Positions 1-8,307 of a stretch of 64,000 nucleotides of DNA are shown piece after piece. The translations under genes were made by a program, and so were the position numbers. The notes beneath the pieces are model-generated. The model was not told the DNA's origin. It saw only the letters and a list, made by a program, of their open reading frames with translations, and ran no database searches. This DNA is from Phycisphaeraceae bacterium (lineage in GTDB: Bacteria; Planctomycetota; Phycisphaerae; Phycisphaerales; UBA1924): contig JBDIVU010000001.1 of assembly GCA_039794205.1 (NCBI GenBank), positions 223,794 through 287,793 on the forward strand, read 5' to 3'. Each line of letters begins with the position of its first letter. Position 1 is the stretch's first letter.

Positions 1-2
1 TG

Positions 3-89
3 ACCGCGCAGATCGTCGCGGCGATGGTCCTGCTGGCGCTCGGCGCGCACGCGCTCGTCGAATGGATCGTCCCCGCGCTCGGCGGGTGA
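3..89 (+). CDS. 3' end of an upstream gene (hydrophobic C-terminus TAQIVAAMVLLALGAHALVEWIVPALGG*), truncated by the window edge
   Basis: Open frame running to a TGA at 87-89, read by own translation. The fragment is too short to assign a function. Confidence 0.2.
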   Translation, partial: TAQIVAAMVLLALGAHALVEWIVPALGG

Positions 90-109
90 GCCGGCACAAC
101 CGTACAATC

Positions 110-592
110 TTATAATCCGCGTCCGCGTTTGCCCCGGAAGAACTCGCGCAGGAGTTCCGCCGACTCTTCCGCGCGTACGCCCGCGATCGGCTCGACGCGG
201 TGGTTGAGCCTCGCGTCGGTGCAGATCGAATAGAGCGAGTGGGTGGCGCCGGCTTTCGGGTCGAGCGCGCCGAACACCAGCCGGCCCACGCGCGCGTTGA
301 CGATCGCCCCCGCGCACATGGCGCAAGGCTCGAGCGTCACCACCAGCGTGCAGCCGTTGAGCCGCCAGTCCCCGATCGCGCCCGCCGCGGCCCGGAGCGC
401 GAGGATCTCAGCATGGGCCGTCGGGTCCGCATCGATCTCGCGCCGATTGAAAGCCTCTGCGAGCACGCGACCCGTTGCCGACTCAAAAACCACTGCGCCC
501 ACAGGGGTTTCGTCGAGCGCCATCGCCTCGCGGGCGAGTTCCAGCGCCCGCCCCATCATGCGGACATCGAGATCGGTCGCGCCGGTCGTCAT
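110..592 (-). CDS. tadA: tRNA-specific adenosine deaminase
   Basis: 160-aa ORF with the CDA-fold zinc-binding motifs HAEILALR and LEPCAMCAGAI. The size is typical of TadA. Confidence 0.88.
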   Translation of the reverse strand: MTTGATDLDVRMMGRALELAREAMALDETPVGAVVFESATGRVLAEAFNRREIDADPTAHAEILALRAAAGAIGDWRLNGCTLVVTLEPCAMCAGAIVNARVGRLVFGALDPKAGATHSLYSICTDARLNHRVEPIAGVRAEESAELLREFFRGKRGRGL

Positions 593-1557
593 GCGTCCTC
601 GGCTCCGGTCTCGCGCGGGCCCGCGATACGCGACGCCGGGAGCGCGCGCATCAGCAGAAGTCCGAACTCAAAGAGCGCGTACAAGGGGATCATCAGCAGC
701 ACCATCGACCCCGGGTCCGCCGGCGTGAAGAACGCGCCCGCGATCGCGCACACGAACAGCGCGTGCTTCCGATACGGCGTCAGATCGCCCGGCTCGATCA
801 GCCCCGTCCATCCCGCCAGCAGCATCACGATCGGCAACTGGAACGCGATCGCGAACACAATCGCAAGATTAAAAACAAGCCCGACGTATTCGCCGACGCG
901 GTACTGCTGCGCGATCGTCCCGCCCGCAGCGAGCGGCGCGCCGAGAACCGCCCCCGTCCCGGACGCTCCCGTCGCGATCCGCAGTTCCCCCATGCTCTGG
1001 TTCACCCACATCTCGCCCGGCGCGGGATCGGGCGGGTCCGCGGCGAGAACAGGGACCGTCGGCAGCGTCAGCCCGTCGGGCAGCGGCGTCACGCCCGGGT
1101 TCGGCTGGACGATGAACGACCCGAAGACGATGAAGAACCGCAGCATCACGGGCAACATCAGTTTATAAAGAAATATCATCGCCGCGGCGGTCAGCGCCGC
1201 CGACGCTGGCATGAGGAAATAGACGAACCGCCGTTCGTGCCGGTACAGCCCCGGCGCGACGAACAGCCACGCCTGGTAGAAGATCCAAGGCGCCGCGACG
1301 AGGATCGCCGCCGCCGCCGAGACCTTCAGATACGCCGCGAACGGCTCGACCGGGCTTGTCGCGAGCATCCGAATCGGCTGGCCCGCGGCGGCGAGTTGCC
1401 GCTCCAGGGGGCGGATCACGAACCCGAGCAGCGGCCCGCCGTAGATAAGCGCGACGACCAGGATCGGGATCGGCCCAAGCAGCGAGAAGATCAGCCGTCG
1501 GCGGAGTTCCTCGAGGTGGTCGCCGAAGGTCATCACGTTGGGGTCGCGTCTTTTCAT
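589..1557 (-). CDS. tatC: Sec-independent protein translocase TatC, with an inserted periplasmic loop
   Basis: Polytopic membrane protein with a TatC-like N-terminus (FGDHLEELRRRL) and hydrophobic helices. The ATG at 1555-1557 was chosen; the ORF-track N-terminal extension is Arg/Pro-rich and not protein-like. Overlaps tadA by 4 bp. Confidence 0.8.
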   Translation of the reverse strand: MKRRDPNVMTFGDHLEELRRRLIFSLLGPIPILVVALIYGGPLLGFVIRPLERQLAAAGQPIRMLATSPVEPFAAYLKVSAAAAILVAAPWIFYQAWLFVAPGLYRHERRFVYFLMPASAALTAAAMIFLYKLMLPVMLRFFIVFGSFIVQPNPGVTPLPDGLTLPTVPVLAADPPDPAPGEMWVNQSMGELRIATGASGTGAVLGAPLAAGGTIAQQYRVGEYVGLVFNLAIVFAIAFQLPIVMLLAGWTGLIEPGDLTPYRKHALFVCAIAGAFFTPADPGSMVLLMIPLYALFEFGLLLMRALPASRIAGPRETGAEDA

Positions 1558-1692
1558 GCCGATGCATCGCGGGTCGGGATTAGCCGGTCCGGGACAGGCC
1601 GGGCCCGGCCTCGGGCGCGGCGGGTTGAGGATACGGCGTCGGCGGACACGCGGGATTGTGCCGGGTCGGCGTCGGTCGCGCGTCCGGGTGGT

Positions 1693-2292
1693 ATGAGAAC
1701 ACGCATGGACGGGGACGCCACACGCCGCGACGCCGCGGCTGCCATTTCGGGCGACGCCGAGGCGCTGGATCGGCTTTGGCGAGCCCATCGCCGATGGGCC
1801 GCTGCGGTCGTTCTGGCCCACATGCCCCGCGACGCGGACCTCGAGGACCTGGTGCAGGACATCGCCTTGACGATCGTGAGAACAATCTCGGACCTGCGCG
1901 ACCCGGCCTTGTTCCGCCCCTGGCTTAGGCGGATCGCCGTCAACGCCGCGAGGACAGCGGGCAGGCGCAAGTCAACCCGCCTCCGGCTCGTCCGCCCGGA
2001 TCGCAGCGGGACACCGATGGAGGACATCCCCGCCGAGGTCGGCGCCGACAACTCGGCGGAAGGTCGGCGGCTGCTCGAACTCGCACATCGGCTGCACCCC
2101 GATTACCGCGAGCCGCTGCTCTTGCGTTGCGTCCGCGGGATGAGCCACAGGCAGATCGCCGAGGCCCTCGGCCTGCCCGTCACGACCGTCGAGACCCGCA
2201 TCGCCCGGGCGCGGAAAATGCTCCGAGAAGAAGTCGAGTTCGAGAACGACGCAGCCACGCTGCGCGTGACCAGGGCGGGAGGGGCGGAATGA
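1693..2292 (+). CDS. ECF-type RNA polymerase sigma factor (sigma-70 regions 2 and 4)
   Basis: C-terminal 200 aa of the long ORF 475..2292. Region-2-like segment DLEDLVQDIALTIV and region-4 HTH LLLRCVRGMSHRQIAEALGLPVTTVETRIARARKMLR. ATG at 1693. Divergent from tatC. Confidence 0.82.
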   Translation: MRTRMDGDATRRDAAAAISGDAEALDRLWRAHRRWAAAVVLAHMPRDADLEDLVQDIALTIVRTISDLRDPALFRPWLRRIAVNAARTAGRRKSTRLRLVRPDRSGTPMEDIPAEVGADNSAEGRRLLELAHRLHPDYREPLLLRCVRGMSHRQIAEALGLPVTTVETRIARARKMLREEVEFENDAATLRVTRAGGAE

Positions 2293-2390
2293 AACTTATA
2301 TTCGACGATGCAATGAATCAGATTGAACGCAGAGGAAAACAGCGGGGTGCGGAGAGATCGCGCGTCCGGAGCGTTTTTGCTGGTCGAGAT

Positions 2391-2516
2391 CGGACGCCTG
2401 ACCTGAGCGAAGCGGTGGTCGGGGTCGCTGCGCGAGCGCACGGGCGAGACGCCCGTGCCACTGTTCGCGCCCGTGCCACTGTTCAAGCCCGTGCCACTGT
2501 TCAAGCCCTTGCCACC
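2391..2516. repeat. Composite palindromic repeat: leader module CGGACGCCTGACCTGAGCG..GGTCGGGG, hairpin GCGCACGGGCGAGACGCCCGTGCCACTG, then 3 tandem ~18-bp units (TTCAAGCCCGTGCCACTG)
   Basis: Direct reading. The same leader module recurs at 11025-11060 and the same hairpin at 10 or more other loci. It lies in the 300-bp gap between the ECF sigma and anti-sigma genes. Confidence 0.8.
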
Positions 2517-2593
2517 CCGCCGCCTCCCCATCTCCCCTCTGTCTCACTCCGTTTTCCTCTGCGTTCATCCCCTGACCCGATCGGAGCGACGCG

Positions 2594-3214
2594 ATGACTG
2601 TTGACCATGAGGACATCCTGATCTGCCGCATCGTCGATCGCGAGGCGTCGGACGCCGACTGGGCGGAAATCGAACTGCTCGCCGCGGGCGACCCCGGCGT
2701 CTGGCGTCGGCTGGCGGTCGCGGAGCGCGAGCACGCCGCGTTGACCGCGGGTGTGAGCGAGGCTCTTCTCGCCGCCGACCGCGTCGATCTGCCGCGCGTC
2801 GCGATCGAAGCGACGCACCGCTTCCACGCGCGCTGGCGAGCCTGGGGCGGTTGGGCCGTCGCGGCCCTGGTCGCGCTCGCCTGGGCGACGATGCAAGGCG
2901 TCATGCCCGCGTCGCGCACGCCCGGCGGACAGTCAGCGGGGCTGAATTGGGCGAACCTATCGCCCGATCAGGCGTTCGATCAATATCTGACACGCGGGAT
3001 CGAGGAAGGACGGGTGCTCGCGGAACTGCCCACGGTCATGGTCGAGGCACGCCCGACCGACGCCGGCGACGCGATCGAGATCACCATCATGCGCCGAGTC
3101 ATCGAGCGAACAACAGTCCGAGGCGCCTACAGCGTGGGCACCGACGACGCCGGCCGCGTCCGCCTCATCCCCGCTGTCACCGTCAGAACCGCCGCCGACG
3201 GCACGCCCCTCTGA
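2594..3214 (+). CDS. Putative anti-sigma factor (single-pass membrane protein)
   Basis: Lies immediately downstream of the ECF sigma. Cytoplasmic N-terminus, one TM helix (WGGWAVAALVALAWA) and a periplasmic C-terminal domain, the usual anti-sigma architecture. No sequence motif beyond this topology. Confidence 0.55.
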   Translation: MTVDHEDILICRIVDREASDADWAEIELLAAGDPGVWRRLAVAEREHAALTAGVSEALLAADRVDLPRVAIEATHRFHARWRAWGGWAVAALVALAWATMQGVMPASRTPGGQSAGLNWANLSPDQAFDQYLTRGIEEGRVLAELPTVMVEARPTDAGDAIEITIMRRVIERTTVRGAYSVGTDDAGRVRLIPAVTVRTAADGTPL

Positions 3215-3219
3215 ACGCC

Positions 3220-4443
3220 ATGACGCACGAGGTAATTAATATGATTTCAACGGAACGGAACCGCCGCCGGTCGTGCGCGGGCCGGGCTTTCATCGCCGCG
3301 CTCCTGACCCTCGCGCCGATCGGCGTCGCGGCGGGTCAGCCCGCGCGGACCGCCGGCGTCGCGCGCGCAGCGTCCGCGTCGATCGCGGAGTTCGCCACGC
3401 CCGAAGGCCTGCTCGTCGTTCGGCTCGAATCCGGCCGGCCCGTTGTCACGCTCGGCGGTTCGGCGCTGCCGGAATCCCGGCTCCGCGTCGAAGGCGACAT
3501 GCTCGTCGTCACGAACGCCGACGGCGCGCCCCTGATCCGGCTTAATCACGCGCTCTTCCTTCCCAACGCCCCCGACGCCCCCGCCGCGCCCGTTTTTCCC
3601 GCGACCCGCCGGGTCATCGGCGTCGTCACCAACCCGGCGCCCGCGGATCGGCTCGGCGCGCTCAAACTCGATCGTATAGACCGTATAGACGCGGCGTTGC
3701 TGATCGAGTCGGTCGTCCCCGATCTGCCCGCCGACCGCGCCGGGCTTAAACCGGGCGACCTGGTGCTGCGGGTCAACGGCGCCTCGCCCGCGACGATCGA
3801 ACTCCTCCGCGAATCACTGGCGAAAGTCGGCGCGCAGCCCGTGCGTCTCGATATCGCCCGCAGCGGATCGATCGAAACATTCGAGGTCACCCCCGTAGAT
3901 GAGCCGATCGCCGCGGAGTTCTCCTTCACACCGCTGCCCGCCTCGGCGCCCCGCGCGCGTGAACGCGAACGCGAAGTCGCCGACAGGAACATCGAGATCG
4001 AGCGACGCTTGCAGACCGCCGCGATCGAGGCTCTCCGCACCCAGGCGATGTCGGAACGGCTCGAGAAGGAAATGGAACGTCTGGCGTCGCGCGGGGCTTT
4101 GTCCGAGGCCCGTCGCGCGGACCTCGAACGCGCCGTCCGCGAAGCCGCCGAGGCTATCCGCACCATCGAAATGAAGTTTGATTTCGAAATGCCCGAGATG
4201 CCCAACGTCCGCATCCTCCGCGAGGACGGGCAGAGCGTGGCGATCTTCACCCCCGGGGCGCGCGGCGTCGGCGGCGGGCCCCGGACGCCGCCCGAACAGA
4301 CGCCCGGAGCCTCGCGGTTCGAACAGATCGAGTCGCGCATCGCCAGGCTCGAACAGATGCTCGAAACCATCCTCGGCGCGCTCGTCCCGGCGCCGAGAGC
4401 GACCGAACCAACAGATAACTCGAAAAAGACGCCGGGCGGCTGA
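3220..4443 (+). CDS. Secreted PDZ-domain protein with a coiled-coil C-terminus
   Basis: Signal peptide (RAFIAALLTLAPIGVAAGQ), PDZ-like segment (GLKPGDLVLRVNG), Glu/Arg-rich coiled-coil tail ending in RIARLEQMLETIL. The alternative ATG at 3241 is equally plausible. Confidence 0.6.
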   Translation: MTHEVINMISTERNRRRSCAGRAFIAALLTLAPIGVAAGQPARTAGVARAASASIAEFATPEGLLVVRLESGRPVVTLGGSALPESRLRVEGDMLVVTNADGAPLIRLNHALFLPNAPDAPAAPVFPATRRVIGVVTNPAPADRLGALKLDRIDRIDAALLIESVVPDLPADRAGLKPGDLVLRVNGASPATIELLRESLAKVGAQPVRLDIARSGSIETFEVTPVDEPIAAEFSFTPLPASAPRAREREREVADRNIEIERRLQTAAIEALRTQAMSERLEKEMERLASRGALSEARRADLERAVREAAEAIRTIEMKFDFEMPEMPNVRILREDGQSVAIFTPGARGVGGGPRTPPEQTPGASRFEQIESRIARLEQMLETILGALVPAPRATEPTDNSKKTPGG

Positions 4444-4557
4444 ACGCCGTGCGTCGCTGAGATTGTCGGATCGTCAATCAATCGCCGTGCGGGTGGCCGG
4501 CGGGAACACTGGGATCCGGGCGTGACGCCCGGCCCGCAACCACACGGAGGCCTCATC

Positions 4558-5781
4558 ATGTACCGATTCACCGCAGTGGCGCTGCTCGCGCTGTCCGCCG
4601 GGCACGCGCTCAACGCACAGGAGCAGAAGTCCGAAGCCCGCATCATCGTCGCGGCGCCCGATGCCGGCGCCAGGGGCGAAGGCAACGTCGAGCGTCGCAT
4701 GTTCCGCATCGGCGCCGGGGCGGACTCGAAGAACGACAACCGCGTCGTTCTCATCGGGCCCGACGGCAAGACCGTGGAAGAGTTCGTCGCCGACAGCGTC
4801 GCAGCGTCCGACCAGCCGGGCGAGCGTCGCGCCGTCATCCGTCGCGGCCCAGGCGCGGGCGCGCACGGCGGGGGAGATCAGAAAGCCGAGAAGAAAGGCG
4901 AAGTCCGCGTCGTCATCACCGGACCCGACGGGATCAAGGCGGAATGGACCACCGGCGGCTCAGGACGCGCTCAGGGCGTAGTGAAAGACGGCAAACGCTC
5001 CGTCAAAGTTGTCATCGAAGAAAACGGGCAGACACACGTGTTCGACGGCGACGACATTGCATCACTTGAGTTCCTGCCCGATTCAGTGCGCAAGTGGATG
5101 CACGCCGACGGCGACGGGCCTCGCATGCTCCGTTTCTTCCGTGACGGCGCCGACGGCGCCGACGGCCCGGCCGGCGCGGCGGGCGCGTTCCGATTCCGCA
5201 GCGGCGAAGGCGACGGCGACGGCTTCCAATGGCAGAAGCACGTCGAACAACTCCAAAAACAACTCGAAAGGCTTAACTTTAACTTTGATTTCGACTTCGA
5301 CACAGACTCGATCATGGAATCTGTTCACAAGGCCCTCGCCGACGCGCTCAAGAGCAGCGGCCTGAGCGGCGAAGACCGCGAGAAGATCACCAAGGCGCTC
5401 GAAGGCCTCCGTCGCGACGGCGATCGCGGCCGAGGCCCGGGGCAAGGCCAGATGCGCGGTTTCATGCAGCCCGGCCAGCCCGGCGAAGGCGCCATGCCCG
5501 AGGCAGTCCGCGAACGCATGGAAGCAATGCGCGAACGACTCGCCCTGCGTGAACAGCCGCAGCGGGAGCGCGCCGAGGTCGAGCGTCGCCGGGCCGAGGA
5601 AACTATCCGCGAGCGTGAAAACGTCGTCCGCGAGCGCTTCCGCGCCCGCGAGCGTGAGCAGGCCCACGCGCCCACGCCCCCGGCGCCGCCCGCCGGCGAC
5701 ACGGACGCCCGGATCCAACGGCTCGAAGAGCGTCTCGAACGCATCGAACGGATGCTCGAACGGCTCCTGCCCCGCTCCTGA
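4558..5781 (+). CDS. Secreted hypothetical protein (Gly/Asp-rich, coiled-coil C-terminus)
   Basis: Signal peptide MYRFTAVALLALSAGHALNAQ. The C-terminus RIQRLEERLERIERMLERLL is paralogous to the C-terminus of the preceding gene. Confidence 0.55.
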   Translation: MYRFTAVALLALSAGHALNAQEQKSEARIIVAAPDAGARGEGNVERRMFRIGAGADSKNDNRVVLIGPDGKTVEEFVADSVAASDQPGERRAVIRRGPGAGAHGGGDQKAEKKGEVRVVITGPDGIKAEWTTGGSGRAQGVVKDGKRSVKVVIEENGQTHVFDGDDIASLEFLPDSVRKWMHADGDGPRMLRFFRDGADGADGPAGAAGAFRFRSGEGDGDGFQWQKHVEQLQKQLERLNFNFDFDFDTDSIMESVHKALADALKSSGLSGEDREKITKALEGLRRDGDRGRGPGQGQMRGFMQPGQPGEGAMPEAVRERMEAMRERLALREQPQRERAEVERRRAEETIRERENVVRERFRAREREQAHAPTPPAPPAGDTDARIQRLEERLERIERMLERLLPRS

Positions 5782-6059
5782 CGCGGGCCCGCCCGACTGA
5801 AACGCTCGGCGCCCGATTTCCCAAGAACCGTTCGACGAGCGCACGCGAATCTGAGTGACGATCTCCTCCGGGGCGCCGGCGTCAGACACGTCGGCGTCCC
5901 ATTACTCCGAACATATCCCAGCCACCCATCCGCGACCGCGCTCCCGCACGTCGAACAGACGCCAGGGACGCGGTCGTGTTTTGTTCGCATGAGACCGCCG
6001 CGGTCCTTAGAATCGCCGCGTTCGCGCCGGATGGTCGGCGCGCGACGGAGGCCCGGCTC

Positions 6060-7916
6060 ATGCGTTGCAATCACTTTGTTCGTCGGCTCGCCGTGCTCGC
6101 GGCGTTGTGCCTCGTCTCCGCCGCTGCGGTCGCGCAGCCGCGATCCTCGCTGCGCGTCGACGCCCGCGACATAGAACGACGGCTGATCACCGTGCAGCAG
6201 GACATCCCCGTCGAGCCGGGCGAGACGGCGCTGCACTACGTGCTCTGGACGCCGGGCAATCACAGCCCGTCCGGGCCGATACAGAACGTTGTTGACATTA
6301 AAATCACGGACGACCGCGGGCGCGACGTGCCCTGGCGCCGGGACGTGGAACTGCCGACGATGCTGCGGCTGACCGTCGCCGACGGGGCGCGCGTGCTAAC
6401 CGTCCGCTTCGCGTACATAACGAACCAGCCGTCGGTCATCTCGCGCTCGACGGATTCCTACGGCTACGCGGGCCTGGGCGCGCTCAACTGGAACACCGTG
6501 CTCTTCTACCCCGACGGCGCCGACAAGGACGAATGGATCATCGAGGCGGAGTTGCGTCTGCCCGGCGCCTGGCGGTCGGCGACATCGCTCGACGAGCAGC
6601 GGAGCGGCGCCGGGAGGGTGCAGTTCGCGCCCGCGCCGTTGTCGGAAGTGGTGGATTCTCCAGTGATTTTCGGCGCCGCGCTGCGAACTTATGAGTTGGC
6701 GACGCGGAGCCGGGCGCCGCACTACATACACGCGGTCGCGCCGGCGGAGTCGCTGACGGATCTCGGCGACGAACGGCTGGAGAAGTTCGGTCGGCTGATC
6801 GATCAGGCCGAGGCCGTCTTCGGCCCGTTCCCTCGCGACGAATATCACTTCCTCGTGATGCTGTCGGACGAGGCGCCCGGACTCGGCGTCGAGCACAACC
6901 AATCGACGTTCATCACGCTGGGCGAATCGCGGTTCAACAACGCCGAGCGCGCCGGCGACCACATCGGCGTGATCGCGCACGAGTACATCCACGCGTGGTC
7001 GGGGAAACTCCGCGCCCCGGAAGGGCTGCTCTCGCGCGATTACCACACCACGGGCGACCCCCGGCTGCTCTGGCTCTACGAGGGACTGACATCATATTAT
7101 GACGACGTGCTGTCGGTCCGGGCGGGGCTGCTTACGCCGGAACGCTACCGCGCATCGCTCGCCGGTCGGGTCGCGGACAACACGATGCGCGACGGGCGCG
7201 CCTGGCAGAGCGTCGAGGACACCGCCGTGATGCTCCGGCACGTGCGCGGCGGGAGCGCGTCGTGGGGCGACAAACGCCGCGGACAAGCCTACTACGGCGA
7301 GGGCGCGTTCTTCTGGATGGAAGCCGACGCGATCATCCGCCGGGGAACAAACGGCGAGCGGTCGCTGGACGACTTCTGCCGGCGCTTCTTCGATGTTCCC
7401 GCCGGGGCGCCGGGGTCGCCGGTGACTTACACCCGGCGTGACATAGTGCGCTCGCTCGCCGCGGTCTACGACGGGCACGACTGGGACGCGCTGATCCGCG
7501 AGCGCATCGAGACGCCGGGCGTCGATATGGATCGCGCCGCGATGCTCGAGCGGCTCGGGCTTCGGATGACCTACACGGAGAGCGAAGGCGCCGGGGGAAA
7601 TCTCACGCACTCGATCGGGCTGAGCGCGAACTCAGCGGGCGAGATCACGCGCGTCGTGCCCGGGTCAGCCGCGGACACAGCAAGGCTCGGGCAGGGGATG
7701 AAGATCCTCGCGGTCAACGACGCGGTATATTCGCCGGACGTGCTGCGCGACGCGGTCGCGCGTACGCCCGAACGGCGGATGCTCTCGCTGCTCGTCGCGT
7801 TCGGCGGGGAGGTCCGGACCGTGCGCGTTCAGACCGACGCGGGGCTGCGCTCGGCCCGGCTCGAACCAATCCCCGGCGCCCCGGACGTGCTCGGAGACAT
7901 ACTCCGGCCGCGCTGA
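6060..7916 (+). CDS. M61-family (glycyl aminopeptidase-like) zinc metallopeptidase with a C-terminal PDZ domain
   Basis: Signal peptide, HExxH site in GVIAHEYIHAWSGK, and a C-terminal PDZ-like region (MKILAVNDAVYSP). ATG at 6060 with a signal peptide; the track ORF extends further upstream. Confidence 0.7.
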   Translation: MRCNHFVRRLAVLAALCLVSAAAVAQPRSSLRVDARDIERRLITVQQDIPVEPGETALHYVLWTPGNHSPSGPIQNVVDIKITDDRGRDVPWRRDVELPTMLRLTVADGARVLTVRFAYITNQPSVISRSTDSYGYAGLGALNWNTVLFYPDGADKDEWIIEAELRLPGAWRSATSLDEQRSGAGRVQFAPAPLSEVVDSPVIFGAALRTYELATRSRAPHYIHAVAPAESLTDLGDERLEKFGRLIDQAEAVFGPFPRDEYHFLVMLSDEAPGLGVEHNQSTFITLGESRFNNAERAGDHIGVIAHEYIHAWSGKLRAPEGLLSRDYHTTGDPRLLWLYEGLTSYYDDVLSVRAGLLTPERYRASLAGRVADNTMRDGRAWQSVEDTAVMLRHVRGGSASWGDKRRGQAYYGEGAFFWMEADAIIRRGTNGERSLDDFCRRFFDVPAGAPGSPVTYTRRDIVRSLAAVYDGHDWDALIRERIETPGVDMDRAAMLERLGLRMTYTESEGAGGNLTHSIGLSANSAGEITRVVPGSAADTARLGQGMKILAVNDAVYSPDVLRDAVARTPERRMLSLLVAFGGEVRTVRVQTDAGLRSARLEPIPGAPDVLGDILRPR

Positions 7917-7944
7917 CGCGGGGTCTGCGCGCGGCGCTGTGCCA

Positions 7945-8047
7945 GGGTGGCAAGGGCGTCCCGCCCGTGCGCGAACCATACCCAATGGCACGGGCGTCCC
8001 GCCCGTGCAGCGCAACCGGTGGCACGGTCGTCCCGCCCGTCATTATC
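7945..8047. repeat. Three tandem hairpin-repeat units (reverse orientation: CAATGGCACGGGCGTCCCGCCCGTGC..)
   Basis: Direct reading. The palindrome core GCACGGGCGGGACGCCCGTGC is shared with the other arrays. Confidence 0.8.
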
Positions 8048-8117
8048 ACAGATAACCTGATATTCACTCCGCGCGAGTCGATCGTCAAACGTCGCGTGCG
8101 TCGCATATCTCGACATA

Positions 8118-8146
8118 AAGCCCAGGGATGAAATCCCTGGGCTTTG
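8118..8146. terminator. Type-1 palindrome AAAGCCCAGGGATgaaATCCCTGGGCTTT (11-bp GC-rich stem, A-tract/T-tract flanks); putative bidirectional intrinsic terminator / REP-like element
   Basis: Perfect inverted repeat seen directly. Seven near-identical copies occur in the window, 6 of them at gene 3' ends. Here it follows the M61 peptidase gene. Confidence 0.45.
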
Positions 8147-8307
8147 CGCGCATCGCCGCGGCTCGAGTTACGCTCGATCGATCTCGATCCGGTCCGCGTT
8201 TAGCGCGTCTGTCGGGGGAGTTCGGCTTGTGATACGATGCGGGCCGTTGCCGGGCTGCGCATCGGGCTGCGCATCGCTGCGCGGATCGGCAGCGGGAGGG
8301 GCTTCGC

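Noticed and set aside
475-2292. 605-aa ORF as a single gene
   Set aside because: Only the last 200 aa (from the ATG at 1693) look like protein: an ECF sigma factor. The N-terminal 400 aa are Arg/Pro-rich read-through across the tatC gene on the opposite strand.
2103-2919. ORFs 2103-2531(-), 2127-2597(+), 2296-2919(-) and other short ORFs whose products read GTGVPPV / RAGRPCHW / QWHGRPARA
   Set aside because: These are translations of the hairpin repeat (GCACGGGCGGGACGCCCGTGCCACTG) in various frames, found in intergenic DNA. They are not genes.
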